DNA of 32,000 nt from Wallemia ichthyophaga EXF-994. Its lineage: Eukaryota > Fungi > Basidiomycota. The notes beneath the pieces are model-generated. The model did no database searches. It worked only from the letters and a program-made list of their open reading frames with translations, and was not told the origin of the DNA. Made by a program: the position numbers and the translations under genes. Below are positions 21,201 through 30,262 of this stretch, in pieces; position 1 is the first letter of the stretch, and each line of letters begins with the position of its first letter. The stretch covers positions 390,001-422,000 of the forward strand of contig NW_008806281.1 of NCBI RefSeq assembly GCF_000400465.1, read 5' to 3'.

Positions 21201-21949
21201 ATGGTAGATACACAGAGCTGTGCTATGCCTGTAATAGCTAGACCGAAGCGCGAGTGGACCTGATGAAGACGGGAGACGGATATGGACAAGTAAATGATGA
21301 AGAGAACGTAGGCTATACCGAAGATGTAAGGGAGTGATGAAGGGTACGCAGAGTGTGGGTTTCGATGGATGGAGATTTCCTTGTGGGGGGATTGAGAGGG
21401 TACAGCATGTGCGTCAAGCGCGCTAAGATTCTGGAAGAAGAGGGAGTGATCGTGAGAGTCGTGGAACAAGATGGTAGTGATAGCATATGGGAGCTGGTTG
21501 AACTGTGCAATAGTGCTCGCAGAATCGTTGTATAAAAGAGAGAATGGAGAGAGAATGAAGCAGTCTTGATCGAATTTGAGGCAATGGTGATCGGATATAG
21601 ATGAAATGTTATCTAATAGCGATTGGTAGTTATCGTCTAGAGGTGACACAACCAATTCAGCGCTGTAATTGCTTCCGAACCCATTATGCCCAGCAGTGAA
21701 TGAAAAATGGTTATCCCACATGGAATAAAAATCTGCGTTATTGAAATTATTCGAATTTATATCTAAATTCCTCTTATCGTGCTTTGTCCACAGCAACAGT
21801 CCAAACGCCGGATAGAATAATGACGTTATCGCAAACCCACAGAGCAGCACCGTTGATATTTGATTCCTAGCGCATCTCTTGCCTTGCAAATAATTCAAAT
21901 GTCTTGCTAACGAAATTATTCTATCGGCAACTTGACTGATTAACGTCAT
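18204..21949 (-). CDS. SCP1: SREBP cleavage-activating protein (SCAP/Scp1)-like: sterol-sensing domain plus degenerate WD40-like C-terminus (introns 20796..20839, 20551..20621, 18692..18746)
   Basis: SSD: SRFGLAITGI...PFVIVVVGVENM...ERVGQGMAKVGP...EFCIFA...DYFLQSTFFITILSVDIQRLE. Also FLWSVKVVVLP, LYCLLLFLLKD and WD-like LIAVGWTDGAVILWDM. Confidence 0.82.
19581..19607. repeat. 9-bp tandem repeat (CATCGCTAG x3, last copy imperfect) in the SCAP CDS
   Basis: Read directly from the sequence. It encodes a DAS-type repeat on the minus strand. Confidence 0.85.
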
Positions 21950-22029
21950 GGTTACATTCCAACTAAGTAATTATCATGTCATTTTAGCTTTTCATCTTTT
22001 TCATCGCTTTTTTCACGATGATCTGTGCT

Positions 22030-23494
22030 TTATTCGCAGCCCTATGAAGACGCTTTAGTTGGCTAAACAACTACATACGTCCACTTACAGGACATACATG
22101 CAGTGTATCATGACAATACATGTCACATTCACCGCAAAAGTCATTTCTACACTTGGGACAGCGATATCTCCCAGTGGAACTGACACCGCCACTAACGTTT
22201 GCAGCTGTAGGTGTATGTGTTGTCATGCCCCCCACAACAGGCGGAAATGTCAACCGACATCCAAAACATCTGGTAAAACTTTCATCTGTCACCCCTTCAA
22301 CACCCACAGCCAGCCAATCTGCAACTGGAAACAAGTGGTGATATGATCTGGCTAGATGTGGACTACTAACAACAACCAAATCACAAACAGCGCAATCTGT
22401 TGGTATCTCACATAGCTTACTACCGCATCTCGGACATAGATAGCCTTCTCGACGTAATTCACTGTGACATGCGCATAGTGTCAGTGGGGCTGTAAATGGT
22501 AAACGAACAGCGAAACCCATTTGCATGAGATCAGCAGTATTTGATGTGTTTGATGTGTTTAATGTATTTGGCGTGTCGGCTTTGTGTATTGCTGGTGGCG
22601 GAATAGTCTCAAATAGAATATCTTTATAATGAACTTCATCGAGGGCAACGTAGAATGTACCTGTCATGTCATTTAGCGTGTTTGATAACGGTGTATCAAC
22701 ATACCACCAGTTTTCTCAGCAATTTCACGTAATATTCTAACTTCTGCTGCTAAAGATATTATATTAACTCTAACTTTGTCATTCATAAGTGAACGTAGTG
22801 TGTCATGAATATTTCCAGGGTCGCAAGTGGTGAGTGCGCCATAAACGATGACAATTTCCTTTGATGCGTGTGTAGGGAGGTGGCTATAGAATGTCAAGAG
22901 ATGAGAGAAATACTAGAACCACCTAAAAACCCACGTCATAGACGCTCTTCCCATCTCCAAAGCATTCTGTAGGGAAGGCTCACCAGAAGGCTCAAGTTTA
23001 TTCTTGTTGGTTAACGCTTTGGTGATATCGTGTGCACTTCCAGTCATTTTAGAAATCCATTCGGCCACGCCATTGCGCATAGCAATACAACCAAGCTGAC
23101 CGATTGGATTCTGGTCAAAGTATTCGCGTGCATATTCGCGTGCATATTCGAGAGATAGCAGATAACGATTAGGACGCATATCCCTATCGCTCATAGCGCT
23201 GCTGAGGTCTAAAACGAGTAGTGTATGTCTGATGATAGCGCGCTGTATAGCTTCACCACCAAGTCGCCGCCTGCGCTTATTACGCTCAATAAAAGCATTA
23301 ACAGAGGTAGTGAGTGAACCTGATTCGTCCTCTGCGACGACATCCCAGCTCCGTTTATACTCAGATTCCCAGCTATAACCAGTATCCTTCTTAGGCGGTT
23401 TTGATGGTTTACCACTTGAATAATCCCCGTCATCAGCGTCGAGAATATCACTATCTTCAGAATTGTCATCGTACTCCTCACGTTCCAATGACAT
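22030..23494 (-). CDS. SSL1: TFIIH subunit Ssl1/p44 (introns 22884..22934, 22661..22704, 22042..22088; alternative ATG at 23530)
   Basis: GYSWESEYKRSWD, vWA domain (IIRHTLLVLDLSSAM...FDQNPIGQ...GEPSLQNAL), GYLCPRC...CDLVVVSSPHLARSYHHLFP, and a C-terminal Cys/His domain ending HVCPGCE* after splicing. Confidence 0.95.
22540..22566. repeat. 9-bp tandem repeat (TTTGATGTG x3, last copy imperfect) in the SSL1 CDS
   Basis: Read directly from the sequence. It encodes the NTLNTSNTSNT insertion. Confidence 0.8.
23121..23150. repeat. Perfect 12-bp tandem repeat (TATTCGCGTGCA x2.5) in the SSL1 CDS, encoding EYAREYAREY
   Basis: Read directly from the sequence. Confidence 0.9.
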
Positions 23495-23602
23495 GGCTGT
23501 GGCTGTTGCTGGTTGAGATAAAACAACCATCAACGATATGTGAGTTGAGTGTTTTCAGAGGAATTCCCGCTGAATTATTCCACAAGGACTCGCATTACAA
23601 AC

Positions 23603-24523
23603 ATGGGCCGCAAGAGAAATTACGTAGACGCTGGGTTTGAGGGTGCGCTTGGTGCTGATACAGCCGATACAGCCAGCGTACCTGAGAATAGCCCAGAGAC
23701 CAACACAGAAACCCCTCAGCAACCTCCTAAGAAGAAACGTATACGCAAATCTGCAAAAAAGTATAAAAAAGCTGCCCAACACGAAGCTGAAGGGAAGAGA
23801 GAAGACACGGCAGATAATGATGGCGATAAGACGGGCGATAAGAGTGGCATTCCCAGCAATTCAAACAAATCCTCAGCTACTGGCGCTAATGCAACCACAC
23901 CCCAACCATCTCAGCCATCCCAACCATCAGAAAAGAAGGCAGCCAAATTGGAGAAGACAGCGGCCATAAAGAAGCACAAATCAAACAAGCGTCGTGAGGA
24001 CCGTATAGCTCAGCGCCAGTCAGACACTCTCTGCTACGGCTGTCGACAGAAAGGACATAGCGTCGACAAGTGTCCTCAGAACGATGGAAAGAAACAATCC
24101 ACGTTATGCTACAGATGTGGATCTACAACGCACTCTCTCAAGCTGTGTAGAAAGCCCAAACCAAAGGACGGCGTTGAGCTGCCCTACGCCAGCTGTTTCA
24201 TTTGCAACAACAAAGGTCATTTGGCTGGACAATGCGAGCGTAATCAACGAGGCGTTTACCCTCGCGGCGGTGAATGTAAGATTTGCAAGAGCGTTGAACA
24301 CCTCGCAAAAGATTGTCCTGTGCGTTCTGACCAGGAGAAGGAGGCTAGAAGACCTCCTCTTATCGTTGGAACGGGTGAGACGGGCGGCAATGCAGATGAA
24401 GACGACTTCCACGTTCTCACTGCGCGTAAAACTGACATTGAGATGAAGGAGAAGGCCATCAAGAGTGGTAAAGGTGGATTGGCTACTCCAAAACAACCCA
24501 ACAAGAAAGTTGTTGGATTTTAG
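23603..24523 (+). CDS. Four-CCHC zinc-knuckle protein, ZCCHC9-like
   Basis: CYGCRQKGHSVDKC, CYRCGSTTHSLKLC, CFICNNKGHLAGQC, and NQRGVYPRGGECKICKSVEHLAKDCP. The N-terminus is Lys-rich and it ends in KKVVGF. Confidence 0.88.
   Translation: MGRKRNYVDAGFEGALGADTADTASVPENSPETNTETPQQPPKKKRIRKSAKKYKKAAQHEAEGKREDTADNDGDKTGDKSGIPSNSNKSSATGANATTPQPSQPSQPSEKKAAKLEKTAAIKKHKSNKRREDRIAQRQSDTLCYGCRQKGHSVDKCPQNDGKKQSTLCYRCGSTTHSLKLCRKPKPKDGVELPYASCFICNNKGHLAGQCERNQRGVYPRGGECKICKSVEHLAKDCPVRSDQEKEARRPPLIVGTGETGGNADEDDFHVLTARKTDIEMKEKAIKSGKGGLATPKQPNKKVVGF
23901..23927. repeat. 9-bp tandem repeat (CCCAACCAT-like x3) in the zinc-knuckle CDS
   Basis: Read directly from the sequence. It encodes PQPSQPSQPS. Confidence 0.75.
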
Positions 24524-24621
24524 AACCTCGCTAAAGTTTAATAGATGCATTATTTATAGATTCACGTAAATCATGGTATATCTTGTCTTTCTCCAGCTGC
24601 TCCAGCTTTTTCCAGCTTTTT

Positions 24622-25368
24622 TCATCCAAGGTAAAACCAAATGGCAAACATGACGAGAAGAGTGCAAGCAGCACCGATATAGAAAAGGAGGATATCCTTA
24701 GCGCTGCATGATATATTAGTGAGCGAATATCGACACAAACCCAAGCAAACAACCCACGATCGTCTCTCAATAAACCCAATTGCAGTTCTACCAAGACCGA
24801 CGCCATTGGCAGCGTCGAGCAGTCTTGTTTTAGTCCCCTTGAGCAACCCTCTCTGATCGCGCATGTTTTCTAATATACTGCTTCCGTGTGCGAGGAATGA
24901 ATCGAGTTGAGAGTTAGCGTTACGAGCGAAATCGTTTTCTCTGACGGCGAGATCATCCCAATGAGGAGTGTTAGGGGTGTTATGGCGAGCATTTCTATTC
25001 GGCTGGAAAAGGGGATCGTTGCGAGTTCGTAGTTGATGATCACCACTCCCTCCAATGAGATCAGATCTGAGCGATGTCGTTGCCCTCTCGCCCGCTTTCG
25101 TTTTGGATATTTCGAAACGCTGTCTGAGTGCCTTTGCTTCCTTGCGGAGATCGGCGGAGCGAGATAGTGCTTTTTCCTGCTTGGCGCTGTTCAACTCTCC
25201 TTTAGCTAGCTGCTCGTAGTCGTCAATCGTCCGATTGAGCGCTGCTAGCGACGCCGCCATCTGCCCCGTCAGCGCATTCGACAGCTCCCCTTTGTCGTTG
25301 TCCAATTTTGAAATATCTTCATTCAGCTTGTTTATCTGTCGCGTGGCTTGCGAGCTCACTGCATTCAT
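24622..25368 (-). CDS. BOS1: ER-Golgi Qb-SNARE Bos1/membrin (GOSR2) (intron 24704..24757)
   Basis: Helical N-domain, SNARE segment RENDFARNANSQLDSFLAHGSSILENMRDQRGLLKGTKTRLLDAANGVGL...IERR, then a C-terminal TM. Confidence 0.88.
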   Translation of the reverse strand: MNAVSSQATRQINKLNEDISKLDNDKGELSNALTGQMAASLAALNRTIDDYEQLAKGELNSAKQEKALSRSADLRKEAKALRQRFEISKTKAGERATTSLRSDLIGGSGDHQLRTRNDPLFQPNRNARHNTPNTPHWDDLAVRENDFARNANSQLDSFLAHGSSILENMRDQRGLLKGTKTRLLDAANGVGLGRTAIGFIERRSWVVCLGLCRYSLTNISCSAKDILLFYIGAACTLLVMFAIWFYLG

Positions 25369-25721
25369 CTGCCCGTTTTCTTATCCTTTATCGTGGTGGT
25401 GTTGGTTAGAGAGACGCGATGAGGCTCTGAGGCGAAGTGGGGGAGACACGCATGGCACGCAAGAAACGCACAAGATAATTTTATTTGCATTTACTTGGAT
25501 TGCTACGACTATAACAACCACACGACTGAACAACTGAACAACTATACAACTACACAACAACTACAACGAAACAATCTTTTCACCCTTTCAATCCGTTGGC
25601 GATCGTCGTAGACATCGTCTTGGGATGCAACCGTGCACCATGCACCATGAACCATGACAGACCAAGGAAACGGATCGACAGTGACACTGACACAGGCACA
25701 CCCTCCACACTCTCCAACACT

Positions 25722-28700
25722 CTAAAACTCAGTAAAAGCCTGCGAAGTAGCACCTGAGTAAGAAGACTGCATATCGTCAGCAAGCTCATCCTTATATCCG
25801 CCAACAGCCATGGAGTTTGAAGCGTCGCGCAGACGGTCTGACTGGGAGTAAGCGACGGAGGAAGATATGGTAGAAGGTGCAACGCTGCCCAGATCACTGC
25901 CGAGGTCTTGTGACAGTACGGAGCTAGCGTAGTTGGCATAACCACCGCCATTCTGCTTCATCATTCTACCAAATGTAGGAGGTAACCCTCCAATACCCCC
26001 ACCAACTCCAACTCCTCCACCCTCAAATCCATCCTGCTTGTACGCGCTTATGCTGTTCATATCGTATGTCGAAACATCACCAAGCTCTCCGAAACCAGTC
26101 GTAGGCGTTCGCGCTCCTGTAGCTGGTATACCCGCTCCCAGTGCTTCTCGGGCGTTGATCTCAAATCTGCGCGAAAAGGGGTCGAGAGTGGCTTTGTTGA
26201 GTGGCTGCCTTGGCTTATTGAATCGTATCATAGATTCTTGCAAGTTGTTGAGAGGCCCTTCTACCAACGTCTTCTTCTCCTTGAAGTGCGTGAGCAGATG
26301 ATGCCAGAGCGGATGCTTGGACAGTATCTTTGGGTTACCGAGAATGACGCTGCCGAATTTAGCCCTCGTCATTGCTACGTTGAGACGACGTGGGTCTGAC
26401 AGAAACCCAATACCTTGGTGCTCGTTGGAACGCACGCACGATAGTATGATGTAGTCCTTCTCACGTCCTTGGAACGCATCAACTGATGCCACCTCCACTT
26501 GGTTGTATAGCTCCTTCTTGAGCGCACCGTTGAACTGCATGTAGTTGACTATATACGAACGCTGTCCCTCGTATGGCGTAACAATACCTATCTGTGCAGG
26601 CACAACACCCGCCTTAAAGAATTTGGTTACTATCTTCTCACAATTGCTAGCCTCAGTTCTGTTCAAGAAGGACGTCCCAGATGACGATATTTCCTCCTGA
26701 CCGAGATTCTGATAGAAGAACATTGGTGTGTCTGGTATAGGCCATGGGAAGTCGACGTTCTTTCTCAGACGCTCAGGCGCAGTCACACCATTTTGCAGCG
26801 TACCTTCGTAAAACATATTCGAAGGGAACTCTGACAAACATGGATGCATACGATATTGAACTTGTAATCTGATAGGTCTGTTGCCAAGCATGACTAACCT
26901 TTCGAACAAAGACTGAGTCAAACCAGCTCTAGCAGCCTTCTTGTTCATGATGACTGGACCGAGTTGCTGGTGGTCACCAACTAGCACCGCCTGCTTACAT
27001 CCCATGATTAATGGTATTGTGCACTCAGGCTCAGCAGCTTGAGTAGCTTCATCAACTAAGACCGTACGGAATTTTAACTTGCTCAATCTCGGATCACCAG
27101 CACCAACACAGGTGCAACAAATAACATCTGCTGCATTAAGTATCTCCTTCTCACATGCCCTCGTTAACGTTTTGAATTTACGTTCGTCAGATGACGACAA
27201 TTCACCTTGCTCGTTTTTGAGCAATATCAGCTTCTGTAGTTCAATGTGATGGGTTGAGTTGGTTACCTGTTCATGTAGAGTGAGGAAAGTGATTGGAGAT
27301 TCAACTGTTTCTCTCGATTTGGCTGTAAGTCTCACAGTCTTGAGGCCAGTCAAGTGTATCTTTTCACACAACTGGTCAACTGCAACGTTTGAAGGAGCAC
27401 ATACGAGAACCTGACCAGGATTCATCTTGGATAGGTGGTATACTATTGACGCAGATGTAACGGTTTTACCTGTACCAGGCGGACCCTTTGTATAATGTAA
27501 GCAGACAGCAAAATGTGAGATTCAAACAACTCACCTGAATTAAGCTAAGAGGCTTTTGTAAAACACTCTTGACAGCATACATCTGTGAGTGGTTAAGTTC
27601 AGGGAGAAAAGGTGCCGAGAATCTTGATTGATGAGGTGAGCAATGAGTGTGAGTGTGGAGAAAACTCACTTTTTAGGCATCTGAGTGCGTACAACTTGGG
27701 GTTCAAGTTCGTGACCAAGAAGTTTGTGATAGATGTAGCCACTGACAGACTGCTCATCAACAGCAAAAGTCTTCATAGCCAACTGCATACGATCGTACGA
27801 GGTGCTCTTCCAGACAAAGTCAGCTTCGAAGCCATGAGTCATGTCAATCGGGACAGCATCTTGTCTGCGCAATTCGAGAGCAATCTCGTCAGAGACGTTG
27901 TTTGGAATTTTAACTACGTGTCCGATACCGGACCACTGCCTGTCACCGCGATAACTCAAGCGCAGCTCATCACCGACAGCGAGCTTGACTTCACCAGACT
28001 CTAACTTGGGCATTGCGAACCAAGCAACACGCTTCTGATTAAGACCAATATCCCAACGGACGACTAAATCGGGCTGGGATTGAGATTCCTTTAGACGCTT
28101 ATCGTAGTCAGCTTCGATTTTAACCAAAGGACCAAAGATATTTTGATATTGATAAGCGTCTTCGTAGCGGAGGAGGATAGGTTGGGGTTCTTCATCAACG
28201 CCAGGTCTGTCGAGGTCTTGGAGAGTGGCGGATTTGTTCTCTTTCCAGAGATCTTCTAGTCTGTTAATTTGATGGTAGGAGATTTGCCTTGCGCGTAATT
28301 GCTCAGATTCGGAGGGAACCTTGACCAACCAAGTAAGAAAGCTGCGATCTTGAATGAGAGGGGACCATTGGGAGGTGTCCCAAACGATATCGCGTGTACC
28401 AGTCATAGCGGCGCACGGTTGTCTGCATAGAAGGACGACAACGGTATCAGATTTGGCGGGGATGAAGCCAAGGATGAAAACGTTCTTCGAGCCGCAGTTG
28501 TAGCATTCAGGCTGAGTTTCACCGAGTGGGGATTCTTGGTGTAGGACGACTTGCTTATGTTTACTTCTAACGAGGTGGTTTACAATGTGTGAGCCGGAAG
28601 TGGAACCTCTTGCGTTACAAAACCATTTCAAGCAAGTCTGGCATTTAACGACGCACGCTGGGTTGTGTATACCGCAGTAACTACACGCGTGTTCAGGGAG

Positions 28701-28886
28701 ATCACCCTTTAAATCATCAAGAACGAGATCATCGTCGTCGAGTTGTTGTGGCAGTGGCTGTGACTGCTGCAAACTTAAATCATTGAAATTGCTCAAATCA
28801 TTAAAATTCAATTCGTTCAAATCATTTTCCAGGTTATTTGTACCGTAACTGTAGCTGGATTGTAACTCGAATTGATCCAAGTCCAT
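25722..28886 (-). CDS. UPF1: Nonsense-mediated decay SF1 RNA helicase Upf1 (introns 27623..27669, 27486..27534)
   Basis: CH domain (HACSYCGIH...[23 protein letters not shown]), spliced [53 protein letters not shown], and an SQ-rich tail. Confidence 0.98.
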
Positions 28887-28967
28887 TGATGGTGTTGGTT
28901 CTAGTTGAACGAGCGTGTTATCTTTGAATTTACAAATATTCTCAAATATTCTTTAAATTTACTCAAA

Positions 28968-29899
28968 ATGTCAAAATCAAAGAATTTTAAATCATTTTAC
29001 GCTGTCAAGAAGGGTAGGAATCCTGGCATTTATACGCTTTGGTCTGAGTGTGAATCTCAAGTTAAGCAATATCCTGGCGCTATATTCAAAGGCTTTAAAA
29101 ACGAACAAGATGCTATTCAATTTCTTGATATTCCCTGCAGCAAAGACAACACCAACAAAATCCCTCAGAAACGCAAATTAGATTCATCTACAGATTCTCA
29201 AAAGAAACCAAAACCTCAACCATCTCCGACTCCCCCTCCTCCTCCTGTCCAACGGGATAGAGCTGGTTTCTACCACAACAAAGCTGTCGTTTACACTGAC
29301 GGCGCTTGTACAAGCAACGGCAAATCTAACTCACAAGCTGGTTGCGGCGTATTTTGGGGTGAAAATTCTCACCTAAACGTGTCTGGAAAACTTCCTGGTC
29401 CAATTCAAACAAACAACAGAGGTGAGATGTTAGCTTTAATACGCGCTTTGGAGAGTTGCCCACGTGATGTTAGACTTTTGAATATCTTTTCTGATTCGGA
29501 GTACACTATAAACTGTGTGTCTTGTTGTCCCATCTTCCATAATTTAACAAACATAAAAGGTCTCACTAAATTCAGAGCTGGCATTGAAAAACGCGAATTT
29601 AAAGCCTCTGGTAACAGTGAAAAGCCCATCAAGAACGTTGACATGATCAAATACCTATACGCGTTATTCGATAACCACACTGCTGCTATTAAACTCAATT
29701 GGGTCAAAGGACATGACAGTGGGTGTTTAATCTTTCTTTTTTTATCTCGTCACTAACCACCCAATCAGATCATCCTGATAATGAGGCTGCTGATGCCCTT
29801 GCAGTTCAAGGTGCTAAAATGCCTATAGTCCCTGACGACGTCGATTGGGAATCACTTGCGATCCTACAATCTTCAAACGCAGATGATCTATTCTCTTAA
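28968..29899 (+). CDS. RNH1: Ribonuclease H1 (introns 29515..29559, 29719..29768)
   Basis: Hybrid-binding domain FYAVKKGRNPGIYTLWSECESQV...FKGF, and catalytic residues VYTDGAC, TNNRGE, SDSEY, WVKGH, NEAADALA. Confidence 0.95.
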
Positions 29900-30262
29900 A
29901 CGTATTTCCCTTTTGTATTTATATTCTTATGTAATTTTGCCAATACTAAAGCCAGCTTATGTCATATCGGATCGCAAGCAATCGCAACCAGCAATTGTCG
30001 GAAGTTGAGATTTTAAAGATATTTTTGGATATATTTAATCACCTCGGCTTGAATAACGCGTAACATCCACTGCAAAGCCTTCGGAAGCCTTCCATTGCTT
30101 TTGCGGAATTTTCGTGTTTTCGTCGCCAAAACACACGACAGCAACGAGAATTAAGAGATATAAACCGTCATATATTTTTGAACAGCATCCACACTGTAAT
30201 CACATCAGAATATAAGAATCTAAGCAGACAAGCACCCTTGAACCAATACCGTCATCATCGAA

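Noticed and set aside
28905-28967. Upstream in-frame TTG extension of RNH1 as a mitochondrial isoform
   Set aside because: Non-AUG start, contains acidic residues, is preceded directly by a stop, and lies 18 nt from the UPF1 ATG. No support beyond an open frame.
23603-29899. Retrotransposon interpretation of CCHC knuckles (gag-like) plus an RNase H
   Set aside because: The knuckle protein has a ZCCHC9-type four-knuckle layout. The RNase H has an N-terminal hybrid-binding domain and introns (cellular RNH1). No RT, integrase, protease or LTRs are seen, and BOS1 and UPF1 lie in between.
30073-30095. Heat-shock-element-like GAAGCCTTCGGAAGCCTTCC upstream of the transketolase-like gene
   Set aside because: TTC-GAA spacing is 1 bp rather than the 2 bp required for nGAAn arrays.
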